A stretch of DNA of 64,000 bases from a virus: IMG/VR virus record IMGVR_UViG_3300032047_000003, positions 1 through 64,000 of that record. One strand, written 5' to 3'. Below are positions 18,070 to 27,020 of this stretch, piece after piece. The notes under the pieces were generated by a model. It saw only the letters and a program-made list of their open reading frames with translations, did not search any database and was not told the origin of the DNA. The first letter of the stretch is position 1. Every line of letters begins with the position of its first letter. The position numbers and the translations under genes were made by a program.

Positions 18070-18771
18070 ATGATAGATCACCACAAATTATATTCATTTA
18101 CCAGGTGCTCGTATTATACGAATCACTTCAACGATCTATTTCCCTTTGACAAGAAATACACAATACACAATGAAGTATTAAAAAAAATATTTGTGATGCA
18201 TTTAAAAAGTCAATCTTACGACCGCATAGAAGGCGCAGCTTATAGGTTAATGATAGAATTATATAAAGATACTAGAACTGAAACAGATTTGCTTCCTCAA
18301 CAAATTAGAAAGTCTTTAAACGAGCATGCGATTGCTTTTTCTAACATACTTAATATAATAAAAATTCATTCAAAGATACCTGTTTTTGGCCCCACTAAAC
18401 ATTATTATTCTCACAATGGAACAAATGTAAAACTTCACAATACTGCCCTCTACAGGGACGTAAATGGATCTTATTTATCTTATTACGTTTCGCCTTATAC
18501 AAATTCATTTCAGGTTAAAAACGACCCAATACCTTATGTACTATGGTTTCTTTTAAAGGAATTTATCTCTGAAACCTTATCTAAAGACATAGACCTTACA
18601 ATTAGAATCATATACATAAAGAATAACAACGAAGTTGATTTCGAAGAAGTTTTCTCTTACGAAGAAAAAGCCTTTTCAAATATAAACTCAATAATAGAAA
18701 ATATAAATTTACAAATCCCTCAATACAACTGCAGGGAAAAGTGCAAATATAAAAACAGGTGTAATATATAA
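18070..18771 (+). CDS. hypothetical protein, possibly degenerate Cas4-like fold
   Basis: N-terminal Cys plus C-terminal CREKCKYKNRC, but no clear D...ExK motif. Confidence 0.5.
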   Translation: MIDHHKLYSFTRCSYYTNHFNDLFPFDKKYTIHNEVLKKIFVMHLKSQSYDRIEGAAYRLMIELYKDTRTETDLLPQQIRKSLNEHAIAFSNILNIIKIHSKIPVFGPTKHYYSHNGTNVKLHNTALYRDVNGSYLSYYVSPYTNSFQVKNDPIPYVLWFLLKEFISETLSKDIDLTIRIIYIKNNNEVDFEEVFSYEEKAFSNINSIIENINLQIPQYNCREKCKYKNRCNI

Positions 18772-19094
18772 TGGAATTCTTTTTAATAAATGATGTTCAA
18801 CAATATCTAAATAGAAAAATATTTGGTGGCGGACCATGGCTGCACCTTGCTACTATAAAAACTCCTCCCGCAATGCTTGGATCCGGAACTACTGTTTCTG
18901 AAAAAGAATATATCTGTTTAAAGAATATGCAGAATAACAAGATTTATATAGAGCAGTTAGACCTATACCACCCTACTGTTTTAAAAAAAATAAAAGATGA
19001 CAACCTTTGGAATGATTTAGCGGAGTTTTTAACACAAAAAGGTATACTTTCTTTTGGAGTAAACAAGGAATTCAAAATTGCAAAAAAAAATTAA
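18771..19094 (+). CDS. hypothetical protein
   Basis: TAATG overlap with the upstream gene. Confidence 0.65.
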   Translation: MEFFLINDVQQYLNRKIFGGGPWLHLATIKTPPAMLGSGTTVSEKEYICLKNMQNNKIYIEQLDLYHPTVLKKIKDDNLWNDLAEFLTQKGILSFGVNKEFKIAKKN

Positions 19095-19500
19095 ACTAAT
19101 AGACAAATATAAAAAAATAAATTCATCATCAAAATTTCATGAAAAAATACGAAGCATCTTTATAGAAGATGCTTTTTTTAAAAACCTAAATTGCTATCAA
19201 GAAGTTCCCGTTTCTTACCTTGTGCAAGGCTATCCTTTTAACAGTCATCATTTTGACTGGTACATTGAAGAATTGAGAACAGTTGTCGAACTCCATGGAA
19301 GGCAGCACTACGTTAGAACTAACTTTGGCAACAAGCCTTATCTTGAATCTGTTAAAGATTTTAACAATATTAAATACAGAGACAATCTAAAGAAAACGTA
19401 TGCAATAGATGCAGACTACGAATACATAGAAATCTCTTACAAAATGGAAAACAAATTAACCCCTAAAAAACTAAAGCAAATTGTACTAAAACAGGAATAA
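19078..19500 (+). CDS. Vsr-like/very-short-patch type endonuclease
   Basis: QEVP...FDWYI...VVELHGRQHY...RDNLKK...IEISY pattern. Confidence 0.75.
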   Translation: MQKKIKLIDKYKKINSSSKFHEKIRSIFIEDAFFKNLNCYQEVPVSYLVQGYPFNSHHFDWYIEELRTVVELHGRQHYVRTNFGNKPYLESVKDFNNIKYRDNLKKTYAIDADYEYIEISYKMENKLTPKKLKQIVLKQE

Positions 19501-19503
19501 AAA

Positions 19504-20082
19504 ATGGAAACAATAAAAACAATAGAAGCACCATGGCACTTAGAAGAGCCTCAATATTTTGGCCCAGAAACAAGATCTCTTTTTCTGTCTGCTCCAATAA
19601 ATAGCAAAACTACAAAAAATATCATAAGCCAATTACTAGAATTAAATGCAAGATCTAATAAACCTATTCGACTTTATTTGAATACAACGGGAGGAAGCCT
19701 TCCTGATGCCTTTGCTATATATGATACAATAAAAGCCATAGAATCTCCTGTGCACACTATAGCAAAAGGCCTTTGCGCTTCTGGAGGTTTAATAATACTA
19801 CTGGCTGGTTGCAAAAGATTTTCTTCAAAAAACTCTTTGTTTTTTTACCATCAACCGGTAATGTTTTTAGACCAAGTAAGCTCCATAGAGCAATCTAACG
19901 GACTTTCTGAAGCTTACACTTTATCAAAAGCTCTATTTGATGGTAAGATCATTTCAGAAACTAAAATAGATGCAGATCTTTGGGTTGAAAACTTTAAAAA
20001 CAGAACTTATAAATACTTTAATGCATCCGAAGCAAAAACTTTTGGATTCGTTGACGAAATTATAAAATATAACGAAGGGTAA
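19504..20082 (+). CDS. clpP: ClpP-family protease subunit (catalytic Asp appears substituted)
   Basis: LYLNTTGG, AIYDTI, GLCASGG (Ser), YHQP (His), ASEAKTFGFVDEI. Confidence 0.85.
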   Translation: METIKTIEAPWHLEEPQYFGPETRSLFLSAPINSKTTKNIISQLLELNARSNKPIRLYLNTTGGSLPDAFAIYDTIKAIESPVHTIAKGLCASGGLIILLAGCKRFSSKNSLFFYHQPVMFLDQVSSIEQSNGLSEAYTLSKALFDGKIISETKIDADLWVENFKNRTYKYFNASEAKTFGFVDEIIKYNEG

Positions 20083-20086
20083 AAAA

Positions 20087-20437
20087 ATGGCAAGTAGAGG
20101 AAGAGGAGCTAGATTAAAAGGAGCTAACTTTGAAAGAGAGTTGGCTAAAATATTTAACGCTAAATTTACCGACATAAACGCCAAGAGAGGCTTAGGCCAA
20201 ACTCGAGGCGGTGGAGAAGAAATTGCAGATGTAGAAATGGATCATGTACATATAGAAGCTAAACGTCACAAAAGGTGCAATATTAAAGCTGCAATGCGTC
20301 AAGCTACTGAAGACTGCAAAACTAAAAACAAGCTCCCTGTAGCCATAACAAAAGACGACAGAGAACCCATTCTCGTTACTATGCACTTAGAAGATTGGTT
20401 GACTATATTCGAAAGCTATATAAAAGACATGACATGA
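20087..20437 (+). CDS. Holliday junction resolvase, Hjc-like PD-(D/E)XK
   Basis: RLKGANFERELAK, AD, HIEAKR motifs. Confidence 0.8.
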   Translation: MASRGRGARLKGANFERELAKIFNAKFTDINAKRGLGQTRGGGEEIADVEMDHVHIEAKRHKRCNIKAAMRQATEDCKTKNKLPVAITKDDREPILVTMHLEDWLTIFESYIKDMT

Positions 20438-21051
20438 CTAAAATGAATACTTCTTTTAACCCTATGCCTCTTTCTATTGATCCTATTCAGTTTAAAAAAC
20501 TGTATATACAGGTTATATCTGATAAGTCTTCCAATCCAGAAGCTTTTATTAGATACATAGAAGATTTCATTAAAGAAGTCTCTGATTCAATTCAAGATAA
20601 AAACGAAAACTTTTATTTTTATTACTTTTTAAAAAAAAATATACTTTCGTTTACTAATGAAAAATCAATCGATTTATGGATTGAATCAGGGACTGTAAAA
20701 GAAGATTTACTTTATGTTCTATTCATGAGACTAAAGAAAATAAAAACGATACCAACTCAAGCAAAACCAGTAATGTGTCAATTCTATTTTGTAACAGATT
20801 ACAGATTAGCCGTATCAAATTTCATTAAAAAAAACTATCTTACAAAGCCCCTACCGGTTATAGAACAGATGTCTCATGACAATCCTAAAGCCGAAATTAG
20901 AATAAAACCTCACTATTGGTACAATTATCTAGTTTCTATGTTATCATTAGGCTATACTATAACTGAAATATCAAAATTAACTGGTTATTCCAGGACTACT
21001 ATATACAAGGAATTAAACAAATATGTCTTTAACAAAAAAACAAGCAATTAA
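20434..21051 (+). CDS. protein with C-terminal HTH (sigma region-4-like or transcription regulator)
   Basis: Start placed at the ATGA overlap at 20434; C-terminal GYTITEISKLTGYSRTTIYKEL. Confidence 0.6.
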   Translation: MTKMNTSFNPMPLSIDPIQFKKLYIQVISDKSSNPEAFIRYIEDFIKEVSDSIQDKNENFYFYYFLKKNILSFTNEKSIDLWIESGTVKEDLLYVLFMRLKKIKTIPTQAKPVMCQFYFVTDYRLAVSNFIKKNYLTKPLPVIEQMSHDNPKAEIRIKPHYWYNYLVSMLSLGYTITEISKLTGYSRTTIYKELNKYVFNKKTSN

Positions 21052-21502
21052 AGATTTGCAAAGAAATAAAATTTCAAACCAACAAGCACTCGTCAAAAAA
21101 ATAGAAGGCGTTTCTACTACTAAAAATATCAAAAAATTCATTCCTGGCGGAAAGACTCTTAAAGACCAACTCTCAAAAGAATCATTCCCTAAAGCAATGA
21201 ACAACTGGCTTAAGCATTGTCGTCATTTTACTGAAATGGAATTTTCTTTTTTAGATCCTAAACCAGAAACTACTCAAGAAACAAAAGTTTACGACTTTAA
21301 TTCCAAAGCAGTAAACTTCGAATGGGAGACTAGAGGAAAAAAATGGTTGGCTGAAACTCTTTCAGAGTTCATACTGAAACCAAAAGTTGCTTTTATAAAA
21401 GTAAACAAGGACGGTATATACCTTCACTCCATTAAAAAAGAAGTAAAACAAGAAGATAAAAACTGGTTTCCATACGTCTCTTTCTCTGCAGTAAGGAAAT
21501 AA
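21023..21502 (+). CDS. hypothetical protein
   Basis: AAGGA RBS; operon orientation. Confidence 0.65.
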   Translation: MSLTKKQAIKDLQRNKISNQQALVKKIEGVSTTKNIKKFIPGGKTLKDQLSKESFPKAMNNWLKHCRHFTEMEFSFLDPKPETTQETKVYDFNSKAVNFEWETRGKKWLAETLSEFILKPKVAFIKVNKDGIYLHSIKKEVKQEDKNWFPYVSFSAVRK

Positions 21503-21506
21503 AAGA

Positions 21507-21716
21507 ATGGAAAATAAACAGCAAAAAGCTAGAGCTTCTCTTTTAAAACTCAAAGAAGATCTAAACAAACTTAAAGAACAAAAAGAAGAGCTTAGCTCTG
21601 CTTTGACAGCGATACAAACTTATATATCTGCTATTGAATCAAAAATAGATATTTATGAAAAAGTAACCGAAATGTCTTTTGAAGACATACAAAGCGATAT
21701 CTTCAAAGATTCTTAA
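21507..21716 (+). CDS. small coiled-coil protein, last gene of the + block
   Basis: Heptad pattern; stop shares TTAA with the convergent gene. Confidence 0.65.
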   Translation: MENKQQKARASLLKLKEDLNKLKEQKEELSSALTAIQTYISAIESKIDIYEKVTEMSFEDIQSDIFKDS

Positions 21717-21937
21717 GACAAAGGTTCTTCTTCTATAGCAACTATTCTATTTTCTAAAGCGGTCAATTTATTGTCGACTTCAATTAAAGAAGCTTGAATT
21801 ATTGCAAGCAATTCTTTTAACTGTTGCATTGATGCTAAATTAGTAGATGCAACATTTAAATCATTAACATGTGTTTCCAAAGCAACAAGCCTGTTCAATA
21901 TAGACTTGTATTTGTCTTCACTAAATACGAAACTCAT
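21713..21937 (-). CDS. small coiled-coil protein, last gene of the - block
   Basis: GAGG RBS; RLVALE / KLTALENRIVAIE trimer-type heptads. Confidence 0.7.
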   Translation of the reverse strand: MSFVFSEDKYKSILNRLVALETHVNDLNVASTNLASMQQLKELLAIIQASLIEVDNKLTALENRIVAIEEEPLS

Positions 21938-21947
21938 TTTATATACC

Positions 21948-22097
21948 TCATTTCTTAGAGTGATCTTTTTTGATCACTCTTTTTTTTATAACTTTTTTAT
22001 AATTAGATTTTTTTTTAGATTTACCCGAAACCTTTTTTTTGTTTCCTCAACCTTTCGTTTTGATACGCAAGCCATTCTTACTTTTAGATTTATGCAC
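21948..22097 (-). CDS. Lys-rich small ORF with one internal in-frame TGA (readthrough, selenocysteine or pseudogene)
   Basis: GAGGT RBS plus GTG start. MHKSKSKNGLRIKTKG*GNKKKVSGKSKKKSNYKKVIKKRVIKKDHSKK*, with TGA at 22047-22049. Fills the gap between its neighbours. Confidence 0.5.
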
Positions 22098-22099
22098 AA

Positions 22100-22438
22100 T
22101 TACCTCTTTTTCGATTTACTCTTACTAACCTTGGTTCCTTTTTTAGTCAATCTATACTTTGACTTCTTTCCTTTAATCTTTTTTTTCTCTGCAGAAAGTT
22201 TTGCTTTCTGAGATTTAGATAAAGAACCTGCTGTTCTTGGAGTTTTTGAAGAAACTTTATTTTTAGGACGACACTTCGGATAAGAACGCTTTTTGCCGTC
22301 TTTCCCTTTTCCCGTTCTACTTTTTCTTCCACACGGAGGGTGCTTTCCATCTTTACCTTTTTTAGAAATATCAACCCATTCTTCTTTAAACCAGCGTCTC
22401 AAAGAAGCTCCTGCTTTACTTTTTCTTTGTTTTGGCAT
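22100..22438 (-). CDS. small basic protein (WFKEEWVD...CGR...YPKCRP type)
   Basis: Start placed at MPKQRK with GGAGG upstream; Lys-rich with conserved-looking W/C core. Confidence 0.75.
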   Translation of the reverse strand: MPKQRKSKAGASLRRWFKEEWVDISKKGKDGKHPPCGRKSRTGKGKDGKKRSYPKCRPKNKVSSKTPRTAGSLSKSQKAKLSAEKKKIKGKKSKYRLTKKGTKVSKSKSKKR

Positions 22439-22619
22439 TTTTCTTTTTGCCTCCTTTACCCCAATTCTTTGCTCCCATTTTTCTACACTTAGATAAAGCT
22501 CCGCTACCATAAGCCGAAGGCCAAGTGCCTCCGCCTCTAGTGTATCTTGCTTTTACTTTTGTATAACAAGCATCTCTTCTTGGTTTTGCAACTTTTTTTT
22601 TCTTCCTTTTAGCAGGCAT
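22416..22619 (-). CDS. small basic protein (DACY...WPSAYGSGAL..CRK type)
   Basis: GGAGG upstream, TAATG overlap; Lys-rich. Confidence 0.75.
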   Translation of the reverse strand: MPAKRKKKKVAKPRRDACYTKVKARYTRGGGTWPSAYGSGALSKCRKMGAKNWGKGGKKKNAKTKKK

Positions 22620-22915
22620 TACTTTTTCCTCCTATAGGCGCCTTTCTTTGCACTGGGATTAGTAGTTTTCTTATTCTTGGGCCATAAGTCTCTACAAGCC
22701 CAGTACTTAGCAGACATCTTGTCTTTAGCACCATCGCAACCGTGACGAGCTCTAAAAGAGCTTTTAGCGCTTTTAGAATAGTTATGCTTATAGCCTTTAG
22801 CTCCATAATGAACGAGCTTTTCTTTTCCCCCAGAACATGCTTTAACCATTTTCTTTTTACCAGCTCTGTCTGATCTAGTAGGAGAATTGCATTTCATTTT
22901 ACTTTTGTCTGCCAT
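22619..22915 (-). CDS. small basic protein (SFRARHxC...YWAC type)
   Basis: AAGGAG RBS; Lys-rich with Cys/His/Trp core. Confidence 0.75.
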   Translation of the reverse strand: MADKSKMKCNSPTRSDRAGKKKMVKACSGGKEKLVHYGAKGYKHNYSKSAKSSFRARHGCDGAKDKMSAKYWACRDLWPKNKKTTNPSAKKGAYRRKK

Positions 22916-23096
22916 TTTTAACTCCTTTCTTTTTTGTAGATTTCTTTTTTCTCGATCTTAGGATTTTAAAATCTTCTTTATCTATTTTGCCGTTCTTATT
23001 AAGATCCAATTTTGATCTTTTTCCAATTACTTTTTTAGATCCAGCTTTCTTTTTAACTGGTGCCTTTTTAGTTGATTTTTTATTACTATAAGCCAT
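22899..23096 (-). CDS. small basic protein with EF-hand-like loop
   Basis: Start placed at MAYSNKK (GAGG RBS); DLNKNGKIDKED fits the DxNxNGxIDxxD/E loop. Confidence 0.7.
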   Translation of the reverse strand: MAYSNKKSTKKAPVKKKAGSKKVIGKRSKLDLNKNGKIDKEDFKILRSRKKKSTKKKGVKNGRQK

Positions 23097-23346
23097 TTTC
23101 AATATCCTCTTTATGAATCCAAACGCAAACAAATTGCTTAGGATCGACTTCTGCTAAAGTCTTAACAGCGTATGCTGGAACTTTAAACGCAAAGTAACTC
23201 CCCTGATTTTTCCAAGAACGTAAATGTTCGCATTCTATGTTTTCTAGTATTTCTGTATTGTATTTATCACCTATTCCTGGATACCAGTAATCGTAATAAC
23301 CCAATTCAGAAAGCTTCCCTTTTGTTCCTTTTTTTAAACTATACAT
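23086..23346 (-). CDS. hypothetical protein
   Basis: Start placed at MYSLKKG (GAGG RBS); overlaps both neighbours. Confidence 0.65.
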   Translation of the reverse strand: MYSLKKGTKGKLSELGYYDYWYPGIGDKYNTEILENIECEHLRSWKNQGSYFAFKVPAYAVKTLAEVDPKQFVCVWIHKEDIENGL

Positions 23347-23902
23347 TGTTTTCCTCTTCTGATTTATTAGCATATTTCACTCCCATTATAGTACCTATAA
23401 TAGAAAAAGAGTTAGTTAGTAATATTCCAAGTAAATTAGACCAAGTGCTTCCTATTAAAGTGGTCTCTTCAGAATTATACCATATTGCAAAGAAATATAA
23501 AACTGTTGTAATAATTCCTGTGCTTGCAATAATATATAAAGCATATCGAACTATTCGATTTATTAACTCGAACTGTCTCTTTCTTTGCATTAGGTCTAAA
23601 TCGTTTAGTGCTTCTTTTTTAGCATTCTCAGCTTCTTCTAAAGCTTCCTTCAACTCAACCATTAAATTTTCATTTTCTTTTGCTTTGCCTAATAAATTGT
23701 CGTTCTGATCTTGAATGACTTTCGTCAATTCAAGTCTTTGCTTTCTCTTTTCTGTGTCTTTTTCTAAGCATTCAGACAAATACTTTTTAAACTTTTCGCT
23801 ACCCTCAAAGACCTTAATGATATTGCCTTCTAGATTTATATTTAATCTTTCTGCAACCTCAATAAATTTAAGCTCTTCTGTTTCTGGTAGTACGATTTTC
23901 AT
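23339..23902 (-). CDS. coiled-coil protein with two C-terminal TM helices (holin-like or effector candidate)
   Basis: About 115-aa charged/coiled-coil N-terminus; TM1 YALYIIASTGIITTVLYFFAIWY; TM2 LLGILLTNSFSIIGTIMGV. ATGA-coupled to the receiver gene. Confidence 0.65.
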   Translation of the reverse strand: MKIVLPETEELKFIEVAERLNINLEGNIIKVFEGSEKFKKYLSECLEKDTEKRKQRLELTKVIQDQNDNLLGKAKENENLMVELKEALEEAENAKKEALNDLDLMQRKRQFELINRIVRYALYIIASTGIITTVLYFFAIWYNSEETTLIGSTWSNLLGILLTNSFSIIGTIMGVKYANKSEEENNV

Positions 23903-24339
23903 TGTGCATAAACCTTAAATGGCAAAGAACGGCTTTTATATCCAGCTAGATCTCTTTTAAAAGATTCCAATCTTGGTTCAATGTCATGAGATTTTACAAT
24001 CCAAAATTGAGCACCAGCATCTTTAGCTTTTTCCATCTCTATCTCGTCTTTAGAGCTAGAAATAATTCCAATAACAACGCCATTTCCGTATTGATAATTT
24101 ATTCGCCTGACCAGTTCAATCCCATCGAATGAAGATCCAATAATATTAAGATCTACAAAAACGCACTCTGGTTTTCCTGGAGACCCTTCGTAATATTTCT
24201 TAAACATGCTTTCTGCTTCTTCTGCCGTCGTCACGGATTGTAAACTTAAAGAAATATCCAAGATGCTGCAAGCATCTTCGAATACCAAATGGAACAAATT
24301 TTCATCGTCAATAAGCAATATGCTGTTGATTTCACTCAT
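23899..24339 (-). CDS. single-domain response regulator (REC only)
   Basis: ILLIDDE acidic pocket, phosphoacceptor Asp in VFVDLN, DGIELV, IISSS, AGA.FWIVK; no output domain. Confidence 0.92.
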   Translation of the reverse strand: MSEINSILLIDDENLFHLVFEDACSILDISLSLQSVTTAEEAESMFKKYYEGSPGKPECVFVDLNIIGSSFDGIELVRRINYQYGNGVVIGIISSSKDEIEMEKAKDAGAQFWIVKSHDIEPRLESFKRDLAGYKSRSLPFKVYAQ

Positions 24340-25106
24340 TTTATAATTATCCTCATAATAGTACCATCCGTAGTTTTTTTAGCTTCTAACTTATAACCAT
24401 GCTCATTAAATATTGTTTTTGCTATATTTAAACCCAATCCAGACCCTGGTTCCTTTTGGTTATCTTTCCTAGAGTAAGGTTTAGAATATTCTAAAAACTC
24501 TTTTTCCGACAAACCTCTACCGTTGTCCTTAACACATATAGCGTTGTCCTTGCAGTATATCTTTACAAATTTCTTTTTACTATCATTATATTTTAAACCA
24601 TTTCGAATCAAATTATCAATGCCGGTACAAAATAAAGAAACGTTTATTTCAATCTCAAGGTCTAAACAAATTTCTATTTGATCTGAATAAGCAGTTTTTT
24701 CTAAAAAACCATTCAAAACGACGCCTAAGTTTACTTTTTGTTTTGGTAGCTTTTTATCAAATTTTACTAAATCTGTAAAAGCGTAAACCCCTTCATAAAC
24801 TTTCCTTGTATGCTCTAGCCCTTCTTTCAATAATCTCAAAGAAGGTCCTAGCTTATATTTTTTAATTGCTTCAAACGGAATCCTTCTTTCCAAAGAAATT
24901 ATCCCCCTGGGAAGATAAGTATTTATTCCTGAATGCATGTCGTGCCTAATTATTTTAGCTGCATGTTCAAGATATATATTCTTTTGTTGTATCTCTTTGA
25001 ATTTAGAATAATTATCTTTTTTATATTTTCTTATAGTAATAAAAGAAATGACAGACATACCCGTCAAAAGGCCTCCCACTAGTATTAATCCATCTGAAAA
25101 AAGCAT
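24336..25106 (-). CDS. membrane-anchored histidine kinase (HK-B), intact CA domain
   Basis: Start at the TAATG overlap with GGAGAGG. N-terminal TM; H-box IRHDMHSG; N-box DNLIRNGLKYN; G1 VKDNGRG; G2 GSGLGL. Confidence 0.9.
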   Translation of the reverse strand: MLFSDGLILVGGLLTGMSVISFITIRKYKKDNYSKFKEIQQKNIYLEHAAKIIRHDMHSGINTYLPRGIISLERRIPFEAIKKYKLGPSLRLLKEGLEHTRKVYEGVYAFTDLVKFDKKLPKQKVNLGVVLNGFLEKTAYSDQIEICLDLEIEINVSLFCTGIDNLIRNGLKYNDSKKKFVKIYCKDNAICVKDNGRGLSEKEFLEYSKPYSRKDNQKEPGSGLGLNIAKTIFNEHGYKLEAKKTTDGTIMRIIIK

Positions 25107-26134
25107 TATCCTCTCCAATCTCTATTATCTATTATGTATTCTTTGTTTTTCATAATATTTATCCTAAAAACAGTTCCCTCATCCAGCTTCTCAGGCTCAA
25201 CGCTAAAACCATGCTCTTCTATAATTGCTACAGCAATATTTAACTCAAGACCTTGATAGTCTTCGTTTTCATCAAAATAAGGTTTGCAATATTTAATAAA
25301 ATCTTTTTTAGACAAACCGGTACCGTTGTCTTTTACGCATAAAGTGCTATCATCTTCCATGTAAATAAAAACTCTTTTAACTTCCGAGCAGTTATTTGTA
25401 ATTCCACCTTTTATTAAATTATCCAAAGCAGTAATGAATAGGACCTTGTGTACTTTCATTTTTGGCAATTTAGAAATTTTAACATTATCAGAATATGCAG
25501 AAAGCCTAATATGCTCCATCAAAAGAGCTCCTACGTCACACTCTTCTTTTTCAATACTGCCATCTCTAACTAAAGCGGTAAAAGCGTGAACTCCTTTGTA
25601 AACTTTTTGAGTGTACTCAAGCCCTTCCTTAAGCAAATGTATTTCACTCTCAAGTCCATGTTTGGACACTAAATCTTTTGGAAGCTTTTTTAATAAACCT
25701 TTGAGCCCTCTTGGAAGATATGTATTTATACCGCTGTGCATGTCATGTCTTATTACTTTAGCAGTATGGTCTAAGTATATCTTTCTCTGCAAAAGTTGCT
25801 CTTTGTTCCTAATCTTTTCTGATGCGCTATATATTATGCCATGGCGCTTTGCAAGCCAAGCGTCGTACTTTGGCCTATCACCCGGCATAAACTCCCCGAC
25901 TCTATAATGAGTTGGAAGCTTGACCTCGTTTTCTTGAATAAAGACACTAGTAACCGCAATGCACACAAGTCTTATTCGATCATATTTATTTATAATCACC
26001 CCTTCTATTTGCTTCGAATCTTTTTCTGCAAATAAAAATCTAGGAGCTTGATCGTACTGTTCGAACGAAACCGGATCATAAAAGTCTATAATATCCCATC
26101 TTAAAGAAAACCATTCTCCAGCTTTTGCTTCCAT
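25106..26134 (-). CDS. histidine-kinase paralog (HK-A) with degenerate ATP-binding motifs
   Basis: Same H-box IRHDMHSGINTYLPRG and G1 VKDNGTG, but N-box DNLIKGGITNN and G2 YQGLEL; about 115-aa unknown soluble N-terminal domain. Confidence 0.85.
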   Translation of the reverse strand: MEAKAGEWFSLRWDIIDFYDPVSFEQYDQAPRFLFAEKDSKQIEGVIINKYDRIRLVCIAVTSVFIQENEVKLPTHYRVGEFMPGDRPKYDAWLAKRHGIIYSASEKIRNKEQLLQRKIYLDHTAKVIRHDMHSGINTYLPRGLKGLLKKLPKDLVSKHGLESEIHLLKEGLEYTQKVYKGVHAFTALVRDGSIEKEECDVGALLMEHIRLSAYSDNVKISKLPKMKVHKVLFITALDNLIKGGITNNCSEVKRVFIYMEDDSTLCVKDNGTGLSKKDFIKYCKPYFDENEDYQGLELNIAVAIIEEHGFSVEPEKLDEGTVFRINIMKNKEYIIDNRDWRG

Positions 26135-26141
26135 TTTACTT

Positions 26142-27020
26142 TTACTCTTTTAATAATTTGACTAAATCCAAACCACCACAATCTATTTTCTTAGATGTTT
26201 GATGGTAGTGATGTATAAAGCCTTTAAACTCCTTTAGCTTGGGTTTTGAAAGAGTGTCAGTGTACTGACTACCCGTAATGTTTTTGGGCGTCTCTAAAGG
26301 GATACCAAGGCCTTTGTTTATTGCCTTCGCTAAAGCCTTCATAGCTTCTTTTTGAACAGGATAAAAATCTAAATGATCTTCTAGTTTTCTTCCGTTGACA
26401 ATAGAATCAGTTAAAAGGTCTCTTTCTCCAAAACCATTTTTCACGTACCAGCTTTGATATTTTGGATAGTAAGCATTTGCTATCTCCACTCCAACCGCCC
26501 TGCTGTTCACAGAGCCAGCGTGCCATGCTACATGAGTGGTATCTAAAGTTTGATAAATAGTTCCATCGTTATCAATAAGAAAGTGAACGCTTATACCTCT
26601 TTTGTCCAAGACTCTTTGGCAAATTTTAGAAGACAAGCAAACGTCCCAATGCGTTACGAACAAATCTATTCCCCGCTGTCCGTTGACCTTTTTATAGTTT
26701 CCTTCTTTTGCCTTAAGGCCTCCTTTGTCGGTCCATAAAACAACTTTGTCCCAATCAATATCCACAGGATTGCCATGGCATATAATGTAGTCGCTATAAT
26801 TAGCATCCACATTCTCTTCTTCAAGCTCTGCAGCCCTTTCCGAAAACTTTCTACGAAAAGTTCCCGGTCCGCACATACCATCTTGAGAAACTCCCATTTC
26901 TTTTTGAAAATCTTTAATAGCATCAATTAGCTCCTCGTTGAAATCGGAACAACCAAACCACTCTGGCTCCCAACCTAATTTTTTAGAAGTACTAATATTA
27001 TATTCAATCTTTTGACTCAT
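26142..27020 (-). CDS. endolysin: peptidoglycan-binding domain + N-acetylmuramoyl-L-alanine amidase (Amidase_2 type)
   Basis: AIKDFQ.EMG...DGMCGPGT (PG binding); VTHW, SVHFLIDNDGTIYQ, AWHAG, GVEI, IHH, KIDC zinc-amidase motifs. Confidence 0.9.
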   Translation of the reverse strand: MSQKIEYNISTSKKLGWEPEWFGCSDFNEELIDAIKDFQKEMGVSQDGMCGPGTFRRKFSERAAELEEENVDANYSDYIICHGNPVDIDWDKVVLWTDKGGLKAKEGNYKKVNGQRGIDLFVTHWDVCLSSKICQRVLDKRGISVHFLIDNDGTIYQTLDTTHVAWHAGSVNSRAVGVEIANAYYPKYQSWYVKNGFGERDLLTDSIVNGRKLEDHLDFYPVQKEAMKALAKAINKGLGIPLETPKNITGSQYTDTLSKPKLKEFKGFIHHYHQTSKKIDCGGLDLVKLLKE

